Notes: generated by a model not told the origin, from the sequence alone. Positions 34,688-44,649 are shown, counted from the stretch's first letter. The stretch is DNA of 64,000 nt from Gammaproteobacteria bacterium (GCA_022826885.1 JAJDUB010000020.1:6140-70139), one strand, 5' to 3'. Translations and numbers: made by a program.

Positions 34688-36088
34688 GTGGCCGGTAAAG
34701 ACGACACGACTGCACGCCGTTTACCCCTGTCTCTTTGCCTCGGCTGGGGTGTCGGCACGCTGGGCATTTCCATCATGTTCAATACCCTGAACGTGTTGAT
34801 GCAGCGCTTCGCCACCGACTACCTTGGGGTGGCGGCCATCACCTGGGGATATATCTACCTGGGCGCCAAGATCTACGATGCGGTGACCGACCCCGTAATG
34901 GGTATCATCTCCGATCACACCCGCAGCCGCTGGGGCCGGCGCCGGCCTTATCTTCTCATCGGCGGCCTGGTGTCCGCCATGGCCTTTTACGGTTTGTTCC
35001 ATGCCCCGGATACTGTAACGAACCATCACGCGGTGTTGCTGCTGGCGCTCCTGATGCTGCTTTATTCCACCGGCTACACCATATTTAACGTGCCATACAT
35101 GGCCATGCCCGCGGAAATGACCCCCGACTACCATGCCCGGTCCCACCTGGTGTCCTTTCGTGTTTACGCCATAGGATTCGGGACCATCGCCGGCCTGTCG
35201 CTTGCCCCTTTGCTGATCGGCAGCCTGGGCGGCGGGAGGCAGGGACACGAATCCATGGCATCGATCTATGCCCTGGCCATCTTTGCCACCTCGGTTGCCT
35301 GTTTCATCATGACCCGGCCGGCCAACCGGACCAGCCCGCAGGCAGATGTAAATCCCGGCTTTGCGCAACGCCTGAGACTGATAGCTACCAACAGGCCGTT
35401 CCTGCTGTTGATTGGCGTGAAGTTCACCCAGCTCGCCGGGCTGGCGGTCAACCAGGCTGCGCTGGTGTATTTTATCGTTCACGTGCTCGGCAGGGGTTAT
35501 GCTTTCCTCGGAATATACGGGCTGGTCGCAAGCATTTGCCTGCTGCTGGCGCCGCCCCTGTGCCTTTCTGCCGGGCGCCGTTATGACAAACGTATTATCT
35601 TTATTTCCTCTTCCCTGTTCTATGCCGCCGTCATGCTGACCTGGCTGGTGTCCGGCCCGGATGAAACGACTTTGCTGATACTGTTGCGCGGCGCCCTGCT
35701 GGGCCTGAGCGGCGGCGCCATGCTGATGATGGGCCAGGCCATGCTGCCGGATACCATCGGCTACGACCATGCCCGCTCAGGGTTGAACCGGGAAGGCGTT
35801 TTCGCGGGCATCTATACCACCGCCGAAAAACTGGCTTTCGCGACCGGGGGCGCGCTGGCCGCGTTCATCCTGGGCTACATGGGGTACCAGTCTTCCACGA
35901 CGGGCTATGCCGAGCAACCTGACAGCGCGATTGCCGCCATCTACCTGTGCATGGGAACCTTGCCCGCCGTTATGGCGCTGCTGAGCTGTGTATTCCTGTT
36001 GCCTTACAACCTCGATGAGCAGAAGATCAGGGAAATGGGGAACAAACCTGCCGACCGTACGGCAGAACACAGGCGAAAACATGACTGA
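34688..36088 (+). CDS. GPH-family (MelB/glycoside-pentoside-hexuronide type) cation symporter
   Basis: GTG start. Signature DAVTDPVMGIISDHTRSRWGRRRPYLLIG. Confidence 0.8.
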   Translation: MAGKDDTTARRLPLSLCLGWGVGTLGISIMFNTLNVLMQRFATDYLGVAAITWGYIYLGAKIYDAVTDPVMGIISDHTRSRWGRRRPYLLIGGLVSAMAFYGLFHAPDTVTNHHAVLLLALLMLLYSTGYTIFNVPYMAMPAEMTPDYHARSHLVSFRVYAIGFGTIAGLSLAPLLIGSLGGGRQGHESMASIYALAIFATSVACFIMTRPANRTSPQADVNPGFAQRLRLIATNRPFLLLIGVKFTQLAGLAVNQAALVYFIVHVLGRGYAFLGIYGLVASICLLLAPPLCLSAGRRYDKRIIFISSSLFYAAVMLTWLVSGPDETTLLILLRGALLGLSGGAMLMMGQAMLPDTIGYDHARSGLNREGVFAGIYTTAEKLAFATGGALAAFILGYMGYQSSTTGYAEQPDSAIAAIYLCMGTLPAVMALLSCVFLLPYNLDEQKIREMGNKPADRTAEHRRKHD

Positions 36089-37502
36089 CTCGCTGACTTC
36101 GATGGCAATCACGCGCCGCAGGTTGTTGCTGGCCGGCAGCTTCGCTGCTGTCGGGACTGTATGCAGTCCGGTTTTTGCACAGAGAAAACACTACGACGTC
36201 ATTATCATTGGCGCCGGCCTGGCCGGGTTACAGGCGGGATGCGTCTTGCAGAAGCAAGGAGTGGACTTTCTCCTGCTCGAGGGATCGCAACGGGTCGGCG
36301 GTCGGGTTTATACCCTGGACGAACTTCCCGGCAGGCCGGAAGCGGGCGCCACCCAGAGCGGCACCAAATATCATGCCCTTAACCAGGTTATTGGGGAACT
36401 GGGCATCGGCACCGAGAATATCCGTCCCGGCGCACCCGGCATGACCCTGCTGGTCAATGACAGGCTGAGCGCTCTTGAAGACTGGCCTGCCAGCGCCGGC
36501 AACCTGCTCCCGGAGGCCCTGAAAGATACCCCGCCTTACGGGTTGTTGCCGAAACTGCTGCGCAACGGCCGTTTCCTGTCCCGGCCCCTGGACTGGTGGC
36601 AACCCGAAAATGCCGGCCTGGATATCCCGTTGCATGCATACCTGGCAGATCTTGGCGCTGGCGAGGAAGCCTTGAGACTGGTCGATGCCAACCTGAACGG
36701 GGAAAGTATCAGGACGTTATCCGCCCTGGACCTGCTGCGCAAACTTGCCGTATTACAGGCTGCCGGGGCGCCCATGAATATCAGCGGCGGCAGCCAGCGC
36801 CTGCCGGAGGCCATGTATGCCCCCATCAGCCATGCCGTACTCATGGGCAAACAGGTCACGGCCATACGCCAGGCGCAAACATCCGTGGAACTCATCACCG
36901 GCGATGCCGACAGGTTTACCTGCCGGCTTTGCCTTATAGCCGTCCCATTCAGCGTTTTGCGCCATATCACCATGGAGGCGACTTTATCGCAGGCCAAACA
37001 ACAGGCAATCAGGGAAATGGGCTATACCCCCGTGACGCATGTGTTGCTGCGGCCTGAAAGACCGTTCTGGCGTGATGATGGTTTCAGTCCGAACATGTGG
37101 ACCGATACGGACCTGGGCCGGGTCTTCACACAGACCGATGAACAGGGCGAAGTGATACGATTACGCACGTGGATCCAGGGACCGGCGGCCCGGCGGGTTG
37201 ACGGCATGCCGGACCACGAAATCGGCAAACTTGTCGTGTCGCTGCTGGAACGGGCCAGGCCGGCGGCAAAATCACAACTTGAGGTGGAACGCGTTATTTC
37301 CTGGGGTAAAAACCCTTTTGCCCACGGCGCGTTTTCACACTACCTTGCGGGCGGGGTCGGCCAATTCAGCCGGGACGTAAACCGGCCGGAAGGCTTGTTG
37401 CATTTCATCGGCGCCCATACCGAACCTTCCGCATCCGGGATGGAAGCGGCCGTCAAATCCGGTGTCCGGGGCGCGCGTGAAGTCATCAATCGTCTGTCCT
37501 GA
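36081..37502 (+). CDS. Tat-exported flavin-containing amine oxidase
   Basis: Trimmed to ATG 36081 (8-nt overlap with the symporter gene). Twin-arginine signal MAITRRRLLLAGSFAAVGTVCSPVFAQ, then YDVIIIGAGLAGLQAG...LLEGSQRVGGRVYT (FAD GxGxxG plus the amine-oxidase motif). Confidence 0.8.
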   Translation: MTDSLTSMAITRRRLLLAGSFAAVGTVCSPVFAQRKHYDVIIIGAGLAGLQAGCVLQKQGVDFLLLEGSQRVGGRVYTLDELPGRPEAGATQSGTKYHALNQVIGELGIGTENIRPGAPGMTLLVNDRLSALEDWPASAGNLLPEALKDTPPYGLLPKLLRNGRFLSRPLDWWQPENAGLDIPLHAYLADLGAGEEALRLVDANLNGESIRTLSALDLLRKLAVLQAAGAPMNISGGSQRLPEAMYAPISHAVLMGKQVTAIRQAQTSVELITGDADRFTCRLCLIAVPFSVLRHITMEATLSQAKQQAIREMGYTPVTHVLLRPERPFWRDDGFSPNMWTDTDLGRVFTQTDEQGEVIRLRTWIQGPAARRVDGMPDHEIGKLVVSLLERARPAAKSQLEVERVISWGKNPFAHGAFSHYLAGGVGQFSRDVNRPEGLLHFIGAHTEPSASGMEAAVKSGVRGAREVINRLS

Positions 37503-37523
37503 CCCTGTGACCGCAAAATAATA

Positions 37524-37641
37524 TTGACTTTGAATGAAGTATCGTCTTAAATGATATAAAGTTATATCATTCCTACATAATGTTGACTTTGACTGAAGCA
37601 CCGTTATAAATGATATAAAGTCATATTTTTCTTGCATACTG
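37524..37641 (+). repeat. Tandem 59-bp duplication of a promoter-like unit upstream of the TonB-dependent receptor
   Basis: Unit 1 is 37524-37582 and unit 2 is 37583-37641, with 48/59 positions identical by hand alignment. Each begins TTGACTTTGA and contains AAATGATATAAAGT. Confidence 0.75.
37550..37571. promoter_or_regulatory. Perfect 10+10 AT-rich palindrome (operator / extended -10-like)
   Basis: AATGATATAA-AG-TTATATCATT. The left half recurs exactly at 37609-37618 and 11585-11594, and the right half at 28927-28936. Confidence 0.45.
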
Positions 37642-37692
37642 AATTTATGAGTGGACTTTCTCATAAATCCGGTAAGGAAGGGGGAAACCATC

Positions 37693-40230
37693 ATGTACGG
37701 GAATTATTATCATCGAGCTGGCATCCGTCCGGGCGGGCTGTTGTTCAGCATCGCCTTTACTCTGACTTCCTTGTTTCCACTGACGGTATCCGGACAGGAC
37801 GCCATCGAAGAGATCCTGGTGACCGCCAGGAAACGCGAAGAAAACCTGCAGGACATTCCCCTGACGGTCAGCGCGTTTACCGAGGCGGCATTGGAAGAGC
37901 GGGGCATCACCTCCCTGCAGGACATCGCCGATTTCACACCTGGTTTTGATTTCGCCCAGGCTTTCGGCCGGCAGGATTTCCGTCCTTCCATCAGGGGCCA
38001 GTCCAACATCCTGGGCCGGGCCAATGCCGGCCTGTTCCTGGAAGGCATTATCGTTGAGGCAGGCAACGCTTCCGTTCCCCTGTCGGCGCTGGAGCGGGTT
38101 GAAGTGGTAAAAGGCCCCCAGAGTGCCCTGTATGGCCGCTCCACCCTGGCGGGGGCCGTCAATTACGTGCTGAAAAAGCCCGGCGATGAATTCCAGGGCG
38201 AGGTCCAGGCCGAATACGGGGAAAGGGACCAGGTGCGCGTCGACCTGCACGCCAGCGGCCCGGTTTCCGATGCAATGGGTATTGCGGTGACCGCCAGCCA
38301 CTACCAGCGGGATGGCGAATACGATAACAGTTACCCGGGCAACGCACTGGGAACGCCGGCTATAAACGATGAGGTGGGTGGTGAGGAGTCGACCAGCGTA
38401 GCCGCGGTTCTGTCCCTTAACCCCACTGAGCAGTTGAGCCTGACCGGCCACATGATTTATGAAGATACCGACGATGACCACTATGCCATCGCCATGCAGC
38501 CGTCCGGTTTCAATAATTGTTTTCAGGTCACCCGGGGCGGTTCGCTTACGCAACCCCTGCCGCCCGCCGGCACCCCTGAAGCAGGCGCCGTGCTGGTCGG
38601 TTCCGCCGGTTATAACGGCAGCGGCTATTACTGCGGACGGGTCGATGTCGATGACGTACTCGAAGCAAGCGGCGGCGGTAATGATACGAGCCTCGAGACC
38701 AGCTTTTTTGATGATTCAGGCGTGGAAAGGGAAAGCCTGCGACTTGGGGTGAAACTCGATTTTGACCTCACCGACGCCTTCACGTTCACCTCGGTGACCG
38801 GTTACAACGACGTTGACACCGAAGCCCGTACCGACCGCACCTTCGGGGGCGGCGATACCCGTTTTCCCGTTGTCGGTATAGGCAGCCCGTTCTTCGTCCA
38901 GCCGTTCGGCGCCCCCCCGAGTGTGGTATCCAGGGTGGGTTTTATCACGGACGTGCGGAGTGAGTTCGATGATTTTTCCCAGGAAATCCGCCTGTCCTAC
39001 GACGCCGGTCTCAGAATGCGCCACATGATAGGTTTTTACTACTACGAATCTGACTTCGCGGAGACCCAGATCACCTCGTTCGATACCACCACTTCGGTCT
39101 CGACAAGGGGTGTCCCGGTATTCTCTCCGTTCAACCCGAGGTTCATACCTGCCACCATATCTACCAGCGCATTTTATGAAGGCGCAGCACCCCGGGACAA
39201 TGGCCGGGAAGAAATCGAGAGCTGGTCGATATTCGGTTCGCTGGAATTCGATTTCACGGACAAACTGACCGTCGGCGCCGAGTTCAGGTATAACGAGGAC
39301 GATTTTGAAGTTACCCCGGCAGGGGCGGATTCCAGCGTCGAAGGTTCCTTCAATGCCTTTTTGCCCAAGGTAACGGCGAAATTTCAGGCTACGGACCGGT
39401 TGCTTGTCTATGCCAACATCTCCAAGGGCAACAAACCCGGCACCCTGAACAGCGATGAAGGTGTACCGGCTGCAGACCTGGAAGTTGATGAGGAAACGGC
39501 CTGGAACTTCGAGCTCGGGATGAAGTCCGCCTGGATGGACAACCGCATTATCGCCAATGCCGCCGTTTACCATATCGACTGGGATGACTTGCAACTCACA
39601 TCCACCCGCTCCGCCACCGTCAACGGCCAGCCGCGCACGTTTTCCATCCTGGAAAACGTCGGCAAAGCCACAATCAACGGCATTGAACTTGACCTTTCGA
39701 TGCACCTGACGGATTTCTGGGACGTACGTGTGGGCTATGCCTGGACCGACAGCGAGATCGATGAATTCATTCAATCGGTGGACGCCGGCGCGGCAGCGGG
39801 TTCGGCATTCCGCGAAGCTGCGTTGATTAACGGCTACTCCGCAAGCGGTGACGTGATCATAAGCGGTTCGCAGTTGCCGCAGTCATCAAAACATCAGCTT
39901 AACCTGTCCAATACCTTCCACGGCAACATGAACGGGGACTGGGACTGGTTCCTGCGCGGGGACTTCAATTACAACTCGAAACGCTATGCCCAGGTATATA
40001 ACCTTGCCCATACCGGCAACAGGGAGATCGTCAACCTGCGCGGGGGTGTAAGCAACGGCAATTTTGATATCGAAGTCTGGGTGGATAACGTCTTTGAAGA
40101 TGACGCCCCCACCCAGTTGATCCGTTATGTGCAGGCCCGCAACCTGACCTTCAACCCATTCAATCGGGCCATCGGCGTTACGCTGCCCGAAAAGCGGCGT
40201 GTCGGTGTCACTGCACGCTACCGTTTCTGA
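37693..40230 (+). CDS. TonB-dependent receptor
   Basis: Trimmed to ATG 37693 after AAGGAAGGGGG. Signal peptide, TonB-box/plug EEILVTARKREENLQDIPLTVSAF, and C-terminal beta-barrel ending ...TARYRF. Confidence 0.9.
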   Translation: MYGNYYHRAGIRPGGLLFSIAFTLTSLFPLTVSGQDAIEEILVTARKREENLQDIPLTVSAFTEAALEERGITSLQDIADFTPGFDFAQAFGRQDFRPSIRGQSNILGRANAGLFLEGIIVEAGNASVPLSALERVEVVKGPQSALYGRSTLAGAVNYVLKKPGDEFQGEVQAEYGERDQVRVDLHASGPVSDAMGIAVTASHYQRDGEYDNSYPGNALGTPAINDEVGGEESTSVAAVLSLNPTEQLSLTGHMIYEDTDDDHYAIAMQPSGFNNCFQVTRGGSLTQPLPPAGTPEAGAVLVGSAGYNGSGYYCGRVDVDDVLEASGGGNDTSLETSFFDDSGVERESLRLGVKLDFDLTDAFTFTSVTGYNDVDTEARTDRTFGGGDTRFPVVGIGSPFFVQPFGAPPSVVSRVGFITDVRSEFDDFSQEIRLSYDAGLRMRHMIGFYYYESDFAETQITSFDTTTSVSTRGVPVFSPFNPRFIPATISTSAFYEGAAPRDNGREEIESWSIFGSLEFDFTDKLTVGAEFRYNEDDFEVTPAGADSSVEGSFNAFLPKVTAKFQATDRLLVYANISKGNKPGTLNSDEGVPAADLEVDEETAWNFELGMKSAWMDNRIIANAAVYHIDWDDLQLTSTRSATVNGQPRTFSILENVGKATINGIELDLSMHLTDFWDVRVGYAWTDSEIDEFIQSVDAGAAAGSAFREAALINGYSASGDVIISGSQLPQSSKHQLNLSNTFHGNMNGDWDWFLRGDFNYNSKRYAQVYNLAHTGNREIVNLRGGVSNGNFDIEVWVDNVFEDDAPTQLIRYVQARNLTFNPFNRAIGVTLPEKRRVGVTARYRF

Positions 40231-40273
40231 ACAAGCCTTGGTATTCCCCCCAATCCTTACCTGGTTTGTTCAC

Positions 40274-40304
40274 CTGCCGGTAGTTTTATAAAAACTACCG
40301 GCAG
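40274..40304 (+). terminator. Rho-independent-like terminator after the TonB-dependent receptor
   Basis: CTGCCGGTAGTTTT-ATA-AAAACTACCGGCAG (perfect 14-bp stem), followed by TACTTATT. Confidence 0.65.
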
Positions 40305-40328
40305 TACTTATTCGAGTGAATAAAGAAA

Positions 40329-41204
40329 ATGAAACATAATTTGAATATGCTGATTTGCGCGGTTCTGGCCCTGGCTACACTGGAAGCGTCCGCGCAAATC
40401 GATTTTGACACCGGCGAAGGCTACATACAGGCGCAACGCAAAATCCATTGCTCGCTCAAGGATAATGATCCGGTCACCTATATGTGGCAGGGCCGGGCTT
40501 ATGCGCGCGTGCCGGGTGAGCGGGATAAACAGTTGTTCCGGGTAGTGGGAATGAACGTCAGGCAGTGCGTAACGCTTAACGATGCGGAAAAAGGCGAGGG
40601 ATACCGCATGGTTTCAAGGGAAATCATGCTCTACCAGGATCCGAAAACCGGTGAGATACTGCGTGATTGGGATAACCCCTGGACCGGCGAATCGGTGAAA
40701 GTCCTGCATGTGGCAAATGATCCGGTGAACGGGCGGCCGACTTTTCCCGTGGGCAGAAACGGGAAAGAACAGAAATTTGCACCCCTGGTAATTGATGACG
40801 TCGCTTTCCTTACGTTTGAAGTGCCCCTGTTCTATACCAACGTCCTGGGCGGTGATTACCAGCCTTACGTTGGCAACACCTACCATGCAACTGAAATTTT
40901 TGACTTCACGGGAGATATAAACGATATCGCCGATCTGTCGAAAAATACCGCCGACATTAATGTCGCCTGGGTGCGCATCGCGCCGTGGCTGCCGTGGATG
41001 AAGATGGGTGGCCGTAGCGGCCTGATGTATTTTAACGCCGTAGGCAAAAAGCTGGGCAGTTGGGATGATCTGCCGGCAGTGCTCAAGGATGAAATCAGGG
41101 CCAACTACCCCGACTATACCAGCCCGCCTCCCGTTGACGACACCCGTCCGAATGAGACCAGCTGGACATACTTCAAGAAATATATTGACGGGCAAAAAAA
41201 CTGA
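40329..41204 (+). CDS. Exported protein, DUF1838-like
   Basis: Signal MKHNLNMLICAVLALATLEASAQ. EIMLYQDPKTGEILRDWDNPWTGESVKVLHVANDPVN resembles the DUF1838 core as I remember it. Confidence 0.45.
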   Translation: MKHNLNMLICAVLALATLEASAQIDFDTGEGYIQAQRKIHCSLKDNDPVTYMWQGRAYARVPGERDKQLFRVVGMNVRQCVTLNDAEKGEGYRMVSREIMLYQDPKTGEILRDWDNPWTGESVKVLHVANDPVNGRPTFPVGRNGKEQKFAPLVIDDVAFLTFEVPLFYTNVLGGDYQPYVGNTYHATEIFDFTGDINDIADLSKNTADINVAWVRIAPWLPWMKMGGRSGLMYFNAVGKKLGSWDDLPAVLKDEIRANYPDYTSPPPVDDTRPNETSWTYFKKYIDGQKN

Positions 41205-41269
41205 AGATATATCCGCCGGATAATCCGGTTACTCTTCTGATCGTTGCCAGTTCGTTCTCTCCGCTAGCC

Positions 41270-42388
41270 ATGACGGCAATCGTGCCGGCACTGCCTGCCA
41301 TTGGTACTGAATTCGGACTCCCCCTGTCTACGGTGCAGTTCGCCGTTTCGATTTACCTGCTGGGACTGGCCCTGGCGCAACCTGTCCATGGCATGCTGGC
41401 AGACAGGTTTGGCCGTCGCCCGGTATTCCTGTGGGGCTTTGCCGTATTTACGCTGGCAAGTCTGGCTTGCGCCTTAAGCGCTACGATGCTGTGGTTCACA
41501 GTCTTCCGGCTGGTACAGGCCACCGGAATTGCAACTGCAACCGTAGTGACGCGTGCGATGTTCCGGGACACCTTCGATATGGATACTTCCGCGCATTACA
41601 CCGCTTACCTCGCCGGGGGCATGGGTGTGGCAACGATGCTGGCGCCGGCCTTGTCCGGCTACCTGATTGAAACCTCAGGATGGCGCATGAGTTTTTATGC
41701 CATGACCGGTCTGGCCCTGCCCGTCTTCATCCTGCTTTTGTCTACATTGCCGGAGACCAGACAACAGCTTAAGGTGACTGAGAGCACCTTTCGAAAAATG
41801 CGTGTTGACTTGAACGGCCTGATTGAATCCAAGCCGTTCTGGGGTTACACCCTGGTATTCGCTTTCGGCAATGTCGCGTTTTTTACCTTTCTGACCAGCG
41901 CACCCCTGTATTTCGAAGAACATTTCTACACGGGTCCGGCCCTGTTCGGTTTCTACATGGGCAGTATGGCTTTCGCTTTTATCTGCGGATCATTGATTGG
42001 CGGCCGGATCATAAGACAGTATGGTTCAGAACGTACCTTGCAGTTCGGTCTTTGTGGGACCTTTTCCAGCGCCGGACTTATTCTGCTTATGTTATGGTCC
42101 CTCCCGATTAGCGCGTTGACCATACTCTCTCCTTTCCTGCTCCTGTTCGCGGCTACCGGTCTGGTCAATCCACCGTCCATGGCCGGAGCAGTCGCACATC
42201 ATCCGGACAAGGCCGGGACGGCATCAGGACTCTCCAACAGTATGTCCATGGCCATCGGTGCCCTGGCGACCGTCATAGCTACGCAGGTTTATGACGGCAA
42301 TATCCTGAGTCTGTGCCTGCCTGTGGTAATAGCCGTTATCCTGTCAGTGTTGTCATACCTGTTACTGATCTCCACCCGGAGGGAATAA
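41270..42388 (+). CDS. MFS drug/metabolite transporter (Bcr/CflA-like); 5' end uncertain
   Basis: PALPAIGTEFGL...GMLADRFGRRPV matches Bcr-type TM1-TM2. The frame stays open upstream to 41189 and encodes a TM1-like segment with no ATG/GTG/TTG. Confidence 0.7.
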   Translation: MTAIVPALPAIGTEFGLPLSTVQFAVSIYLLGLALAQPVHGMLADRFGRRPVFLWGFAVFTLASLACALSATMLWFTVFRLVQATGIATATVVTRAMFRDTFDMDTSAHYTAYLAGGMGVATMLAPALSGYLIETSGWRMSFYAMTGLALPVFILLLSTLPETRQQLKVTESTFRKMRVDLNGLIESKPFWGYTLVFAFGNVAFFTFLTSAPLYFEEHFYTGPALFGFYMGSMAFAFICGSLIGGRIIRQYGSERTLQFGLCGTFSSAGLILLMLWSLPISALTILSPFLLLFAATGLVNPPSMAGAVAHHPDKAGTASGLSNSMSMAIGALATVIATQVYDGNILSLCLPVVIAVILSVLSYLLLISTRRE

Positions 42389-42405
42389 TCCGGCGAAGCG
42401 TATCC

Positions 42406-44649
42406 TCAGAAACGCTTGTTCAACGTCACCGACCAGGTCGCCGGATCCTGCAGGTAGATAAAACCCGCCAGGTAGGACACGTATTGATCCTTGTCGGTGC
42501 AGTTCTGGCAGGACGCCGTCAGGGTCCAACCCGCGCTATGCTCGATGCTGACACCACCGTTGATGATGGTGTAACCGTCCAGCAACGCAACGTCCTGGCC
42601 GCTGGTGCTGATGTTATGCTCGCCGTAATCGATGACGTTGATCCTGGGAACGATATTGATGGTGTCGGTGACCGGGATCTCGTACCAGCCGCCTACCGAC
42701 AACTGGTGTTCCGGCGCCCGCACCGGCGGGGCGATGCCGCCGTGGGGGTTGACGATACCCTGGGCGCATTGCAGGCCGTTTTGCAGGCAGTTCTGCCGTT
42801 GCGCAACGATGGCCGGGTCGAGGTTCTTGTATTCCGATTCCATGATGCCGATGTTGGCGAACAGGGTCAGGTTATCCACCGGGTTGGCAAGCAGTTCCGC
42901 CTCAAAACCGTATACTTCCATGTCTGCAAAGTTCTGGGTGATGAACACGATTGCACCGGTGGCCGGATCGGTATAGGCCGAGGGCAACTGGAAATCGCTG
43001 ATATCGGAGTAGAAGCCCGTCAGGTTGACCCGCAACCGGTTGCCGAACCACTCGGAGCGGATACCGCCTTCGTAATTCCATATCTTTTCCGCAGAGAAGG
43101 GCGAGAGTGTGCCGGGCGCGGTGCCGCGGGCATTCCAGCCGCCGGACTTGAAACCGCGGGTGGCGGAACCATAGATCATGAAATTGTCGTTGGCTTCATA
43201 TTCCAGGGCAAAGCGCGGGGTGACGATAGACTCGTTCTGCTCCAGCGGTATACCCAGGGCCTCGATATCGCGGCTGGTAAAGACAGCCCCCGCCCGCGGG
43301 TTACCGTTGTCGGTGATGCCGAAATCCTTCTCCTCATCGGTGTAGCGTATGCCGGCCGTCAACGTCAACTGGTCGGTTAAATGGTAATCAACCTGGGCAT
43401 AGACGGCCCAGGAGTCCACGCCGTTATCCATGGTGCGATCGTACTGGAACAACGGGAACCCCGTGGGCAGGAACAGGCCAATGGCGCCCAGATTGAAAAT
43501 TTGTGTCAAATCGGTTTTATTATCTTCATTGAAATAGAAAACACCGGCAATGTAGTCCAGTTGGTCGCCTATTGAACCGGTCAGTTTCGCCTCTTGTGAG
43601 AACTGGTCGTGTTCACCTTCATTAGCGATGGTAAACCCGCCGGTAAAAAACGGACCCTCAAAAAAGTCCAGCAGAAAATCCTGTTCCAGGGTCAGGTAAC
43701 TGGTAAGGAGGTTGACGGTGCCTATCGCGGTTTCCCATTCGATATCGGAAGTGAAATGCAGCGACCTGGTTTCATTGCCCAAATCAAAGTTCTGTTTATC
43801 CCCCGTCACAAAGCCGGCTAACGGCGCGCCGTCGGTGACCAGGCCGGTGCGGGTAAACCGGTCATCGTCTTCGACATAGTTGTACATATTGGCATGATCG
43901 CTTTCGATATACGTAAGCGATGCGTTCCATGAAGCATTATCGGAAGGTTGCCACAATATCGCGCCCCTTATGCCGTAGTTCTCTTCATAATTGAGACCGT
44001 CCTCTCCGGTGGTCACGTTATCGACAAAGCCGTCGTCGTTGATGTAATACCCGGAAATCTTCATACGGAAATTCTCCGATGCCGGTATGTCAACGCTTCC
44101 CCTCGCGGTGATCTTATCGAAGCGCCCGCCGCCGACTTCCGCGTAGCCGCCGAACTCCTCAGCCGGGTCTTTCAGGATGACGCGCACCGCGCCGCCTGTC
44201 GTGTTCCTGCCGAACAAGGTGCCCTGCGGCCCTCTCAAGACCTCGATCCTGTCGATATCGAACAAGGCATAGTTATTGGAATTCTGCCGCTGGATGAAGA
44301 AATCATCGACGTAGGTGCCCACCGGCGGGTCGAACGTGGCGATGGATTCCGTATTGTTCAGGCCGCGCAGGGAATAGGTGTTGGCGGTGCCCAGTCCGGT
44401 GTTGTTATGGGCGATAAAGTTCGGCACCACCTTGGCGATATCCAGGGTCTCGGTGACCCCGAGACTGGCCAGGTCATCACCCGTAAACGCAGAAACGGCA
44501 ACGGGAATACTCTGGACATTCTCCGCCCTGCGGGTCGCAGTCACCACGACCTCTTCAATGCCCTGGGACCAGGCCAACGGCGAAAAAACGATAGAAGAAA
44601 CCACACCCGACAGCAGTGATGCTGTTAATTTACTGGAGAAATAACGCAC
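42406..44649 (-). CDS. TonB-dependent receptor
   Basis: GTG start after AGGGAGG. Signal peptide, EEVVVTATRRAENVQSIPVAVSAF plug, IDRIEVLRGPQGTLFGRNTTGG, and C-terminal ...TLNKRF. Confidence 0.9.
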   Translation of the reverse strand: MRYFSSKLTASLLSGVVSSIVFSPLAWSQGIEEVVVTATRRAENVQSIPVAVSAFTGDDLASLGVTETLDIAKVVPNFIAHNNTGLGTANTYSLRGLNNTESIATFDPPVGTYVDDFFIQRQNSNNYALFDIDRIEVLRGPQGTLFGRNTTGGAVRVILKDPAEEFGGYAEVGGGRFDKITARGSVDIPASENFRMKISGYYINDDGFVDNVTTGEDGLNYEENYGIRGAILWQPSDNASWNASLTYIESDHANMYNYVEDDDRFTRTGLVTDGAPLAGFVTGDKQNFDLGNETRSLHFTSDIEWETAIGTVNLLTSYLTLEQDFLLDFFEGPFFTGGFTIANEGEHDQFSQEAKLTGSIGDQLDYIAGVFYFNEDNKTDLTQIFNLGAIGLFLPTGFPLFQYDRTMDNGVDSWAVYAQVDYHLTDQLTLTAGIRYTDEEKDFGITDNGNPRAGAVFTSRDIEALGIPLEQNESIVTPRFALEYEANDNFMIYGSATRGFKSGGWNARGTAPGTLSPFSAEKIWNYEGGIRSEWFGNRLRVNLTGFYSDISDFQLPSAYTDPATGAIVFITQNFADMEVYGFEAELLANPVDNLTLFANIGIMESEYKNLDPAIVAQRQNCLQNGLQCAQGIVNPHGGIAPPVRAPEHQLSVGGWYEIPVTDTINIVPRINVIDYGEHNISTSGQDVALLDGYTIINGGVSIEHSAGWTLTASCQNCTDKDQYVSYLAGFIYLQDPATWSVTLNKRF

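Noticed and set aside
34721-35770. 349-aa minus-strand ORF.
   Set aside because: It is antisense to the GPH symporter. Its highly Gly/Gln/His/Arg-rich, low-complexity translation is not coding-like.
37645-39774. Two long minus-strand ORFs (37645-38553 and 38716-39774). Analogous cases are 42313-43380 (+) and 43948-44619 (+).
   Set aside because: All are antisense to the two TonB-dependent receptor genes, whose plug, TonB-box and C-terminal Phe signatures are unambiguous.
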